NCBI GenBank assembly: GCA_036308515.1 | Contig: JAXJVM010000119.1 | Span: forward strand, 1 to 41,403 | Direction: 5' to 3' | Source: Clostridia bacterium | GTDB lineage: Bacteria; Bacillota; Clostridia; Monoglobales; Monoglobaceae | DNA: 41,403 nucleotides | In this document: positions 1 to 9,048 of the stretch, piece by piece | Layout: each line of letters opens with the position of its first letter | Position numbering within the stretch: position 1 is the stretch's first letter | The notes under the pieces: generated by a model | What the model was told of the DNA's origin: nothing | Seen by the model: only the letters and a program-made list of their open reading frames with translations | Database searches by the model: none | Made by a program: the position numbers and the translations under genes

Positions 1-1
1 C

Positions 2-328
2 GGTACCCCTTTGGCACCGGTACAGGAAAAACTGGATGCAGGCATCAATGTGGTATTAGAAATTGATGTCCAGGGTGCACTTCAGGTCAAAAAGAACTTC
101 CCCTCCGGCATTTATATCTTTATTGCGCCGCCGGATATGGAAACCCTACATACCCGTCTTAAGGGACGGGGAACCGAAACCGAGGAAGAGATTTCCCGTC
201 GGATTGCTGCCGCCGAATGGGAAATGGCGCAGCAGGGCAGCTATGACTATGTCATCATCAATGACGTACTGGAAGATGCGGTACAGTCAGTCAAAGATAT
301 TATTCAAGCAAGGAGTGTTGTATTATGA
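2..328 (+). CDS. gmk: Guanylate kinase, 5'-truncated by window edge
   Basis: Open frame from base 2 (GTPLAPVQEKLDAG...VLEIDVQGA...IFIAPP...RLKGRGTE...YDYVIIND), typical GK C-terminal half; followed by rpoZ. Confidence 0.95.
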   Translation, partial: GTPLAPVQEKLDAGINVVLEIDVQGALQVKKNFPSGIYIFIAPPDMETLHTRLKGRGTETEEEISRRIAAAEWEMAQQGSYDYVIINDVLEDAVQSVKDIIQARSVVL

Positions 329-591
329 TGATTTATCCCCCCATTACAGAGCTGGTTGAAAAGACCGGAAGCCGGTACACTTTAGTTCTGGAAGCCGCAA
401 AGCGCGCCCGGCAGTTATCCGAAGGTGCCGCACCGCTGGTTGAGAGCGACTCCGGCAAAGAGGTTACCATCGCTACCGACGAGATTTACGAGGACAAACT
501 TCACGTATTCCCTGTGGCAGGGGTAGACGTCACCGACGAGGCTCCTGCTGCCAAGGTTTCAGATTCTGCCGAAGCTGTACAAGAGGACTAA
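325..591 (+). CDS. rpoZ: RNA polymerase omega subunit
   Basis: MIYPPITEL...SRYTLVLEAAKRARQL motif; AAGGAG RBS at 310-315; gmk-rpoZ synteny. Confidence 0.95.
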   Translation: MMIYPPITELVEKTGSRYTLVLEAAKRARQLSEGAAPLVESDSGKEVTIATDEIYEDKLHVFPVAGVDVTDEAPAAKVSDSAEAVQED

Positions 592-603
592 GGCAAAAAC
601 TGG

Positions 604-633
604 CGCCGGTTCTAACCAGAACCGGCGTTTTTT
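604..633 (+). terminator. Rho-independent terminator after rpoZ
   Basis: CGCCGGTTCT-aacc-AGAACCGGCG perfect 10-bp stem followed by T6. Confidence 0.8.
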
Positions 634-654
634 CAAACACAAAGGACCGAGACT

Positions 655-3099
655 ATGATTGCAAATGTAATGTTAACCGATACCTCTCACTCCATCAATC
701 AGAGCTTTGATTACCTGATTCCCGAGGAGTTCACACGCAGTATTGAACCTGGACAGCGTGTTCTGGTTCCTTTTGGTGTACACAATAACACCGCCGAGGC
801 ATTGGTTATCAGCCTTAAGGAGACCAGTGAATTCTCCCGGCTAAAAAAAATTCTCCGCCCCCTGGACACCACCCCCATCTGCACCCCGGAGCTTTTGAAG
901 CTCTGTACCTGGATGCAACGGCGGTACTTCTGCTCCTTTCAACAGGCGTATAAGCTGATTAAGCCGCCGCACATGGGGACAAAAATTCGAAAATGGCTAG
1001 TACTCAGTCAGGAGTTAACCGAGAAAAAGCTTACCCCGACTCAGCAGTTATTATTGAATAAATTGAGGGAGTATGACGGTGTTGCTGATTTGGAGGAACT
1101 GGAAGCAGACCTAAACAAAAAAGGCCTCTCACGTACCGCCTTTGCGCTACAGGATATGGGCTTGCTGGAAGTCCGCGAGGAGATTGGCAACAACATTTCA
1201 TTTGTTTATGTACGAAAGGCACATTTGAATCCAGATATCGAGGAAGGTTATGCTCTGGCAGATGAGCTTCGCGCCAAGGGCGCTTACGTACAGGCAGACA
1301 TGGTACTGGCTCTTTGTGACAGTGGAGACATGGTAACCTCGGATCTGGTGCTTATCACCGACGGAAACTACACCTCCCTCAATGCCTTAAAGGACAAGGG
1401 GATTGTCAGCATTTATCGGGAGCAAGCGGAACGTACCGCCTATGTGACTGAAAATTACATTCCTTCCTCCGCTTACACACCCACCGAGGAACAAAAACCA
1501 GTGATTGACCATTTAAATCGGCTGATTTTACATCAGGTGCACGAAAAAATTCTCCTTCGCGGCGTCACAGGCAGCGGAAAAACCGAGGTCTTTCTGCAAG
1601 CCATCGCCACCTGCATTCGCCAGGGAAAACAGGCAATCATGCTGGTACCGGAAATTTCGCTGACCCCTCAGATGGTGGAGCGATTTGTCAGCCGTTTCGG
1701 CGATTCGGTTGCAGTGATGCACAGTGGACTTTCCCAAGGGGAACGCTTTGACCAATGGCACAAAATCAAGCGTGGCGAGGTCAATGTAGTGGTGGGTGCC
1801 AGAAGCGCCGTTTTTGCCCCCTTTGAAAATATCGGCATCATCATTCTCGACGAGGAACATGAATCCAGCTATAAATCAGAAATTGCACCCCGGTATCATG
1901 CCAGAGAAGTTGCCATGTGGCGCGGGCAAAAGCACGGGGCACCGGTGTTAATGGCATCCGCCACCCCCTCTGTAACCTCCTATTATTATGCAATCGAGGG
2001 TCGCTATCGGCTCTTTGAGATGCACAAGCGTTACAACGACAACGCCCTGCCTGCAACGAGAATCTGTGATATGCGGAGCGAGCTTCTGGACTATCACAAT
2101 ATGTCCGCCATCAGCATCCGTCTGCAGGACGAGCTGCGGAGGAACTTGGAACGTGGAGAAAAAAGCATCCTCTTCCTCAACCGCCGGGGTTACAACACCT
2201 TTGTCTCCTGCCGGGAGTGTGGTTTTGTTTTTGAATGTGACCAATGCAGTATTGCGCTGACCTATCACCGCAGGTCAGACAAGCTGGTCTGTCATTACTG
2301 CGGACAAACCCGCGACAATGTCACTGTCTGTCCCGAATGCGGTTCTAAATATGTAAAATTCTTCGGTACGGGCACCCAGAAGATTGAGGACGAACTGCAC
2401 ACTCTCTTCCCTGATGCCCGGATTTTACGAATGGATTTTGATACTACCTCAGGAAAAGGTGGACATGAAATGATTCTCAACCGTTTCCGCCGGGGCGAGG
2501 CGGATATTCTGCTGGGCACCCAGATGGTAACGAAGGGTCTGGATTTTCCGGAGGTCACCTTGGTGGGAGTTCTTGCCGCCGACGCCTCCTTAAACGTGGA
2601 TGACTTTCGTGCCGGAGAACGCTGCTTCTCCTTGATTACACAGGTATGCGGACGTGCCGGCAGAGGTGATTTGGAGGGCAGAGCCGTCATTCAGACCTAT
2701 CAGCCGGATAACGCCACCATTCAATTCGCCAAGAGCCAGAACTACACAGATTTTTATGAAAACGAAATCAAGTACCGCAAACGGATGGAATATCCTCCCT
2801 TCTGCGATATGGTATACATTCTGGTTTCCGGTGAGAATCAGGAAACGGTGTCACAGGAAATCACAAACATCAGTGAGTTTATCAGTCGGAATGCGCCCGG
2901 TGACTGCATACAAGCATCTATGGGACCTGCTCCGGCACCCATTGCAAAAATCAAAAACAAGTTTCGCTATCGGTTGCTCATAAAGGCACAACAGGTAAGA
3001 AACCTGCTGCCGATGCTGCATCAAATCAGCGATTCACACAATGCAAGTAATACCAATAACACGCTGGTGATTGACATTAACCCGGTCAATATGATATGA
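655..3099 (+). CDS. priA: Primosomal protein N' (replication restart helicase)
   Basis: GVTGSGKTEV Walker A, DEEH box, two CxxC-CxxC zinc modules, GTQMVTKGLDFP, QVCGRAGR. Confidence 0.97.
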   Translation: MIANVMLTDTSHSINQSFDYLIPEEFTRSIEPGQRVLVPFGVHNNTAEALVISLKETSEFSRLKKILRPLDTTPICTPELLKLCTWMQRRYFCSFQQAYKLIKPPHMGTKIRKWLVLSQELTEKKLTPTQQLLLNKLREYDGVADLEELEADLNKKGLSRTAFALQDMGLLEVREEIGNNISFVYVRKAHLNPDIEEGYALADELRAKGAYVQADMVLALCDSGDMVTSDLVLITDGNYTSLNALKDKGIVSIYREQAERTAYVTENYIPSSAYTPTEEQKPVIDHLNRLILHQVHEKILLRGVTGSGKTEVFLQAIATCIRQGKQAIMLVPEISLTPQMVERFVSRFGDSVAVMHSGLSQGERFDQWHKIKRGEVNVVVGARSAVFAPFENIGIIILDEEHESSYKSEIAPRYHAREVAMWRGQKHGAPVLMASATPSVTSYYYAIEGRYRLFEMHKRYNDNALPATRICDMRSELLDYHNMSAISIRLQDELRRNLERGEKSILFLNRRGYNTFVSCRECGFVFECDQCSIALTYHRRSDKLVCHYCGQTRDNVTVCPECGSKYVKFFGTGTQKIEDELHTLFPDARILRMDFDTTSGKGGHEMILNRFRRGEADILLGTQMVTKGLDFPEVTLVGVLAADASLNVDDFRAGERCFSLITQVCGRAGRGDLEGRAVIQTYQPDNATIQFAKSQNYTDFYENEIKYRKRMEYPPFCDMVYILVSGENQETVSQEITNISEFISRNAPGDCIQASMGPAPAPIAKIKNKFRYRLLIKAQQVRNLLPMLHQISDSHNASNTNNTLVIDINPVNMI

Positions 3100-3146
3100 T
3101 AACTGTTAGCTTATACTTGCGATTTTAGATAAAAGGAGTTCTTATT

Positions 3147-3605
3147 ATGGCAATCAGAAAAATTGTAACGGTGGGGGATTCCATCCTGACCAAAAAATGT
3201 AGACCTGTGGAAAAAATTGATTGTAGAATCACCACCCTGCTGGACGACATGGCAGATACTTTGTATGAATCCGGCGGTGTGGGGCTTGCCGCCCCTCAGG
3301 TGGGCATACTGCGCCGGGTGATTGTGATTGATATTGACGAGGGCTTGATTGAGCTTATCAATCCAGAAATCATTCACACCGAGGGTAAGCAAACCGGTTC
3401 TGAGGGCTGTCTCAGCAACCCCGGAAGATATGGTATTGTCACACGTCCTAACAAGGTTACTGTCCGCGCCATGAACCGAGACGGAGAAACCTTTGAGATG
3501 ACCGGCGAGGGGCTTCTTGCCCGGGCTTTCTGCCACGAGCTGGATCATCTGGATGGCAAGATGTTTATGGACTTGGTCACCGAATGGGTTGAGCCGGAAG
3601 AATAA
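3147..3605 (+). CDS. def: Peptide deformylase
   Basis: [15 protein letters not shown] and HELDHLDG motifs; AAGGAG RBS. Confidence 0.97.
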   Translation: MAIRKIVTVGDSILTKKCRPVEKIDCRITTLLDDMADTLYESGGVGLAAPQVGILRRVIVIDIDEGLIELINPEIIHTEGKQTGSEGCLSNPGRYGIVTRPNKVTVRAMNRDGETFEMTGEGLLARAFCHELDHLDGKMFMDLVTEWVEPEE

Positions 3606-3622
3606 TTCCATAATGTATTCGA

Positions 3623-3655
3623 AAACCCCGAAACGAAATTTTCGTTTCGGGGTTT
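3623..3655. terminator. Probable bidirectional terminator between def and the convergent decarboxylase
   Basis: AAACCCCGAAACGAAA-t-TTTCGTTTCGGGGTTT perfect 16-bp inverted repeat between convergent genes. Confidence 0.75.
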
Positions 3656-3677
3656 ATCATAAAACAAGAGCCTTTCT

Positions 3678-5021
3678 CTATACTTCTTTTACCACGTTAC
3701 AGGTTTCGATGCCATAATAGGCAAAGCTATCCACTGCCGTATCGTCAATTCGTTCGCCGCAGACCACAATGGGTACTGCCGGTGGACATCCCACCGATGC
3801 CGCAGCCAGCACTCTACCGATACTTTCTCTAGACGGGATAACCTCGCTTGCAGAAAATGACGCATCACGTACAGACATCACACACTCCGGCATACCAAAT
3901 ACAGGCGGCTTTTCTAAAAGTGCAGGACATTGCGGAATGGAAAGCAACGCTTCCTCCATCTGCCGCAAGCCCTCCTCCCCCGTCTCCGGAGTCAGCATCA
4001 GCACCACAAAATCCGGGTCAGCAAATTCACAGACAATATGCAGTTCCCTCAAACGCACCGCAAAGGCACCACCCTCATATCCATAGGCTTTCGTGTCTAT
4101 GGTCAGCTTCAGTGACTCGTCCCCTTTCAGGCAATAGCCATGGGCAAGCAAGCGTTTCTTGCATTGCTGTACCTGCAGAACAAAGCGCGAAAGCCGCTCT
4201 GCATAGCCCTCTTCTAGATACTTGTTTGCCAAATCCAAAGACTGCAAAATTAGGTAGGAGGGACTGGTCGAACCAAACATCACCAAGGCATTTTTCGCCT
4301 GCTGCGCAAAAAGTTCTGGGGCGCTTTCTGAAATGTGCAAATACGCGCCCCCGGTGAGTACCGGCAGAGTCTTATGCGCCGAGTCACAACAGAGATCCGC
4401 ACCAAGGTCAATGGGATGCTGAGATTCGGGCAAGAATTTCAGATAAGCGCCATGGGCATTGTCTACCAGAAGCAGTACTCCATGGTTTCGACAAACCTCA
4501 GCAATAGCACGAATATCCACAATATTTCCCAGGTAATCTGGGCTTGTAAGATACACCGCCGTAGGTGTTTCTTCGCCTTTGGACAATCTCCGCTCCAAAT
4601 TCTGCATATCCACGGCACAGGAGAGATAAGACTCCGAGTCCTTAGGGTATAACCACAGAACCTCAAAATCCAGCAATGCAGCAGCACTCAAAAAAGCCTT
4701 GTGGGCATTTCTTCCAGCCGCAATAATTGGCTTTTTTCCGTTTTTTCGGGCATGGAGCACGGCAAGATACAGCATCGCGCGGATACAGAGGGACGAACCT
4801 TCAGTGGAATACAGGGTTTGCGCGCCGAAAAGCGCACTTGCATTGGCTTCGCTCTCCGCGATGATTCCAGTGGCCTCATAAAGGCTATCAGCGCCGTCAA
4901 TTTCAGTAATATCGTAGGGCTCTATTCCAAGAAATGATGTTCCCTTATGTCCGGGCATATGTAGCCTTAAAGCATCACTTTGGGCATAGTTGTTCACAAA
5001 ATCACAAATGGGCGTTTGCAT
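3678..5021 (-). CDS. Orn/Lys/Arg decarboxylase-family PLP enzyme
   Basis: LHMPGHKG, DITEIDGADSL, RNAHKA, VDNAHGAY, SAHKTLP (PLP lysine), GSTSPSY. Start set to ATG 5021 (MQTPICDF); the longer ORF-track start overlaps scfB. Confidence 0.88.
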   Translation of the reverse strand: MQTPICDFVNNYAQSDALRLHMPGHKGTSFLGIEPYDITEIDGADSLYEATGIIAESEANASALFGAQTLYSTEGSSLCIRAMLYLAVLHARKNGKKPIIAAGRNAHKAFLSAAALLDFEVLWLYPKDSESYLSCAVDMQNLERRLSKGEETPTAVYLTSPDYLGNIVDIRAIAEVCRNHGVLLLVDNAHGAYLKFLPESQHPIDLGADLCCDSAHKTLPVLTGGAYLHISESAPELFAQQAKNALVMFGSTSPSYLILQSLDLANKYLEEGYAERLSRFVLQVQQCKKRLLAHGYCLKGDESLKLTIDTKAYGYEGGAFAVRLRELHIVCEFADPDFVVLMLTPETGEEGLRQMEEALLSIPQCPALLEKPPVFGMPECVMSVRDASFSASEVIPSRESIGRVLAAASVGCPPAVPIVVCGERIDDTAVDSFAYYGIETCNVVKEV

Positions 5022-5023
5022 AT

Positions 5024-6406
5024 TTATTCCCCTCGAAAGGCTTTTTCCACCGCCATCATGATGGCGCATTCCATCCGCTTGCGGAAGAGCTCGCAGCCGT
5101 ACTTGTAAACACCCGTGACTGAACCGGTAGCATGATACGCATTGGCAGCACAACCGCCGGAGCAGTATAGCTTCGCCCAACAATCCCGGCATTCCGGACG
5201 GGCGTAGACATTGCAGTCCGCAAAGCACTGTTGGGTCTCGATGTCGGTTACTCCGTCCCAGATATTGCCCAGTTTGAACTTTTCCTCGCCTACGAACTGA
5301 TGGCAGGGATACAGGTCTCCCCAAGGGGTGACCGCCATATACTCCGTACCGGAACCGCAGCCGGAAATCCGCTTATAAATACAAGGTCCATCCTCAAGGT
5401 CAATCATGTAGTGGTAAAACGTAAAGGGCTTACCCTGTTTGTCCCGTTCTATCATCAGTTCAGCAAGCTTCTCATACTGGTCAAGCACAACGGGTAAATC
5501 CTCCTGGGTCAGCTCCGAGGGGTCACCGGCAGCACAGACAACCGGCTCCATACTGAGTTCCGTAAAGCCTAGATCCAGCATGGTTTTGATATCCTCCAGA
5601 AAATCAGGGTTTGCATGGGTAAAGGTGCCGCGCATATAGTAGTTTTTACCGTCTCTTGCTTCCACCAGCTTTTGAAACTTCGGCACAATCTGCTCCCAAC
5701 TGCCCTTGCCGGCATAGTCCACACGGAAGCGGTCATGGACTTCCTTGCGGCCATCCAGGCTGAGTACCACATTACTCATCTCCCGGTTGGCAAAGGCAAT
5801 GACATCATCATCAATAAGCAATCCATTGGTGGTCAGGGTGAAACGGAAATTCTTATTCTTCTCTTTTTCAATACTCCGGGCATAAGCGACAAGTTCCTTG
5901 ACCACTTTAAAGTTCATCAAGGGCTCCCCACCGAAGAAGTCCACCTCCAGATTCCGGCGGCTGCCGGAGTTGGCAACCAGAAAATCCAGTGCTTGCTTTC
6001 CAACCTCAAAACTCATCACCGCACGTTCACCGTGATACTTACCCTGACTGGCAAAGCAATAGGAACAGTTCAGGTTACAAGTGTGAGCAATATGCAGACA
6101 CAACGCCTTGACCACCCCGGCGGTCTTTTGCTTTAAATGTCCGGCTTTGGCTTCAAAGGTGTCCGGCGCAAACAGTCTGCCTTCTTCTTTCAGTGCCGTA
6201 ACCTGGTCATAACATTCTTCCATATCCTTTAAGGTGATATCTGCACGGCCGGCATATTTTTCTTCCATACTTTTTAGCACGGTTTCACGATCATTTGCCT
6301 CATACATGGCAATGATATCATAGGCAACCTCATCCACTGCATGGACAGAACCGGAGCACACGTCCAGGACAATGTTGTAACCCCCAAGCTTATATTGGTG
6401 TATCAT
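5024..6406 (-). CDS. scfB: SCIFF/ranthipeptide radical SAM-SPASM maturase
   Basis: CNLNCSYC radical SAM motif, DFFGGEPL, SPASM cysteines (CIYKRISGCGSG...YPCHQF...CRDCWAKLYCSGGCAAN); directly downstream of the SCIFF peptide. Confidence 0.95.
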   Translation of the reverse strand: MIHQYKLGGYNIVLDVCSGSVHAVDEVAYDIIAMYEANDRETVLKSMEEKYAGRADITLKDMEECYDQVTALKEEGRLFAPDTFEAKAGHLKQKTAGVVKALCLHIAHTCNLNCSYCFASQGKYHGERAVMSFEVGKQALDFLVANSGSRRNLEVDFFGGEPLMNFKVVKELVAYARSIEKEKNKNFRFTLTTNGLLIDDDVIAFANREMSNVVLSLDGRKEVHDRFRVDYAGKGSWEQIVPKFQKLVEARDGKNYYMRGTFTHANPDFLEDIKTMLDLGFTELSMEPVVCAAGDPSELTQEDLPVVLDQYEKLAELMIERDKQGKPFTFYHYMIDLEDGPCIYKRISGCGSGTEYMAVTPWGDLYPCHQFVGEEKFKLGNIWDGVTDIETQQCFADCNVYARPECRDCWAKLYCSGGCAANAYHATGSVTGVYKYGCELFRKRMECAIMMAVEKAFRGE

Positions 6407-6437
6407 AGTACTTCTCCTTTATATACATAAAAACGCC

Positions 6438-6466
6438 AAAAAACGCCGTCCGTTTGGACGGCGTTT
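6438..6466 (-). terminator. Hairpin/terminator between scfA and scfB
   Basis: AAACGCCGTCC-N4-GGACGGCGTTT; T6 run at the 3' end on the minus strand. Confidence 0.7.
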
Positions 6467-6478
6467 CTGCATCTGCAA

Positions 6479-6631
6479 TTACTTGCTTTCCTTCGTGTTT
6501 TCACACTGCTGATTTGCAATACCACAGCTGGTCTTACAAGCAGACTGACAAGAAGTCTGACATTCACCGCAGCCGCCATTCTTTGCACTTTCACACAAAT
6601 TACGAGTGTTTAAAGTCTTAATATGTTCCAT
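6479..6631 (-). CDS. scfA: Six-cysteine ranthipeptide (SCIFF) precursor, 50 aa
   Basis: Manual translation: MEHIKTLNTRNLCESAKNGGCGECQTSCQSACKTSCGIANQQCENTKESK*; canonical GGCGECQTSCQSACKTSC; GGAGG RBS at 6641-6645. Absent from the ORF track. Confidence 0.97.
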   Translation of the reverse strand: MEHIKTLNTRNLCESAKNGGCGECQTSCQSACKTSCGIANQQCENTKESK

Positions 6632-6663
6632 AATCGTAAACCTCCAGAAAAATAATTTTCTTG

Positions 6664-6692
6664 ATTATACCACATTTTTACGGCAAAGTCAA
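6664..6692 (-). promoter_or_regulatory. SigA-type promoter of the scfA operon
   Basis: Minus strand TTGACT-17 nt-TATAAT with TG extended -10. Confidence 0.8.
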
Positions 6693-6741
6693 TACGATTT
6701 TCTTGGATTTCTTCCAAGGGAATTTGCGGGTACGGATTCAG

Positions 6742-9021
6742 TTAAAATTTCACCACAACCTCGAAGGTTTTGCCTGCCTCGTAGGGGAGCAGATTGCCTT
6801 CGATTTCTGTGCCGTCAACCTCAATACCCTTTTGTTCATCGGCAATATATGCAATGTTATAGACCGCTTTACGAAAGCGTTTGGTGATACTGCACTTCTT
6901 CCAACTCTCCGGTAGGCAGGGGTCCACTGTCAAGCCCTCTATGGTAGGCATAAGACCAAACACATAGTTGATCATCGCCTTTAAAAACCACTGACCAGAG
7001 GCAGTACGCCAGCTTTGCCCCGGCGTGCCGCAGCGATAGCCGGTTTCCTCTGCACAGTAAGAATTAAACAGCATATACGGCTCACCTCTTCCGGCAACCA
7101 CGGGATTTCTGAAAGGCAGCATGCTACAGATATCCTTTTCTATCAAATCCCGGCGTTTGAGCATACCGTCAACGGCAATCTTCCATGCAATGGTGTGGAG
7201 GTATACACCGCCGTTTTCCTGTACACCCGGAGCTTTTTCCGCAATAGAACCTAAGTGATGGCTTTTTTCGGTATATGCCGGTTTTAAGCCTATGCACCCA
7301 AGTTCTGTACGAAGTTCCTTTTCCCCCTTTTCAAAGGCGATCAATTCCTTACCATCCTTGGAAATTCCGGACAGCACCGCCCAGAGCTGAGGATTTAAAT
7401 GGATTTTTCCCTCTTGACTCTCATGCCCGCCAATTTTATCGCCCCAGTCATCAATGCCATAGATATAGTAACCCTCGCTATCCCAGCCATATTGATCCAC
7501 AAGGTCACGCATATGCGCGGCATAAGAACGGAACAGTTCTGCATCCTCGGTCTTACCCAGCTTTTCTGCCAACTCTATAAACATTTTGCAAGCACGATAC
7601 CATGCCATGGTAAGCCAAATGCTGACACCCTTGTGTTCAAGTCCTGCCGTGTTGATACAGTCGTTCCAGTCACCGCCCCAAATCTGAATCAGTCCGTGGT
7701 GGCCCGTAAAGTGATACAGATAGTCCACCGAGCGTTTCAGATGCTCATAAACACTGGCTTCACTGCCATCATTAAAGGGCACCAACTCGTCCAGGAGGGA
7801 TAAATCTCCCAGTTCGTTGATGATATAGTATACCGTAAAGGTAAGCCAAACCGTACAGTCAGCAAAATTGTTATTACAAATTTTACCATCCATAAAGGTA
7901 CGGGGTGCATAACCGTTTGCATACTGATAAGAAAGAATCCGTTTTACCCGTTCCCATGCCAACGTGGGATGAAAGGTCGCCAGGCATTCCGTATCACTGA
8001 CAATATCCCGATAGCCGTTATGCCGTACCCGCGCCAAACGGGAGCCCATATTGGTTAAATACATCAGCCAGTTGTTGCAAAGCTTATTCATCTCCCCATC
8101 CGGGGTCTTGATGTTCACGCCTTGGAGAATTTCCTGATACTTGTTCTGCATGGCGGTAAATTCATGGTCAAATGAGGCAGAGTCAAAGAATCTTTGGGCA
8201 AAATCCGCAACCTTATCCACCTCTTCTACCACAGTTCCACAAAGGAACACTACCCGCTTTTCTTCACCTGGGTTCAAAGTTACTTCAGTCTGCAACGCAA
8301 GACACATTTTTTCGTTGATACATGCGCTGTTGGTACAGCCGTTTCCACAAACCAAGGCCTTAGGGCGTACAATATCTCCGTAGGTCCCGATAAAGGCATT
8401 ACGCGCACAATCATACCCTGTTGCCTTTTCGCTGCAGAGCAGAAAGGCCTTCGTTGGAACATGCGTTCCCTCAAAGGGCATAAGCTTGGTTGTCACAACG
8501 CCGTTTAAGGCTGCATCAAAGCCATCGACCTTATCCGTATTATACCCTTGGCGTACATAGGGTCCATCAATCAGGGTGTCAACATAGGAAATCACTTTTA
8601 CAGTCTTTATTTCTTTGTTCTCGTTCTTTAGTGTTACCCATGCAACCTCGCCACCAATTTGGGGATTAGTCTCATTGGGAACAAACAGGCCGTAGTCGCT
8701 TGCAACACCGTTTTTCTTCATGTGGGTGACGGTATAACCAAGACCATGAGTACAGAAGTATGCCTCGCGTTCTTCCTCGATGGGCAGAGCGTTTGCCAGC
8801 CAGAAGTTCTCGCCCTCTACCAAATATATCGCTCGACGGTCAACCAGCTTGATACGGTTGCCTAAGGAATCTTGGAAAAATCCTTCTCCTACACCAACCT
8901 GGGAGGTAAACGTGATATAGTTATCGTTAAATAAGTAATTATACCAATTTCGGGGGGTGTCCGGATTGGTGATTACAAATGTATCACCATTTTCAGAAAA
9001 ATATCCGTAGGGGTTCTTCAT
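6742..9021 (-). CDS. GH94 glycoside phosphorylase (cellobiose phosphorylase-like), substrate unknown
   Basis: YGYFS...ITNPDTPRNWYNYL N-terminus, GYRD, GDWNDC catalytic Asp motif, PGVQENGGVYLH, SWRTASGQW, GLTVDPCLP; no signal peptide. Confidence 0.9.
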   Translation of the reverse strand: MKNPYGYFSENGDTFVITNPDTPRNWYNYLFNDNYITFTSQVGVGEGFFQDSLGNRIKLVDRRAIYLVEGENFWLANALPIEEEREAYFCTHGLGYTVTHMKKNGVASDYGLFVPNETNPQIGGEVAWVTLKNENKEIKTVKVISYVDTLIDGPYVRQGYNTDKVDGFDAALNGVVTTKLMPFEGTHVPTKAFLLCSEKATGYDCARNAFIGTYGDIVRPKALVCGNGCTNSACINEKMCLALQTEVTLNPGEEKRVVFLCGTVVEEVDKVADFAQRFFDSASFDHEFTAMQNKYQEILQGVNIKTPDGEMNKLCNNWLMYLTNMGSRLARVRHNGYRDIVSDTECLATFHPTLAWERVKRILSYQYANGYAPRTFMDGKICNNNFADCTVWLTFTVYYIINELGDLSLLDELVPFNDGSEASVYEHLKRSVDYLYHFTGHHGLIQIWGGDWNDCINTAGLEHKGVSIWLTMAWYRACKMFIELAEKLGKTEDAELFRSYAAHMRDLVDQYGWDSEGYYIYGIDDWGDKIGGHESQEGKIHLNPQLWAVLSGISKDGKELIAFEKGEKELRTELGCIGLKPAYTEKSHHLGSIAEKAPGVQENGGVYLHTIAWKIAVDGMLKRRDLIEKDICSMLPFRNPVVAGRGEPYMLFNSYCAEETGYRCGTPGQSWRTASGQWFLKAMINYVFGLMPTIEGLTVDPCLPESWKKCSITKRFRKAVYNIAYIADEQKGIEVDGTEIEGNLLPYEAGKTFEVVVKF

Positions 9022-9048
9022 GTTTTTAGCTCCTTCTATAATGTTTAT

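Noticed and set aside
3623..3655. Perfect 33-bp palindrome as an operator or MITE
   Set aside because: Single copy between convergent genes; a bidirectional terminator explains it.
5022..5324. 101-aa N-terminal extension of the decarboxylase in the ORF track
   Set aside because: It overlaps scfB in another frame; family similarity begins at MQTPI (5021).
6403..6594. 63-aa minus-strand ORF over the SCIFF region
   Set aside because: Wrong frame; the real gene is scfA at 6479-6631.
6693..6741. Possible att site or terminator at the island's left edge (CTTGGA-N5-TCCAAG)
   Set aside because: Short stem with no T tail in the needed direction; no matching direct repeat at the right edge, and no integrase or tRNA, so mobility is unsupported.
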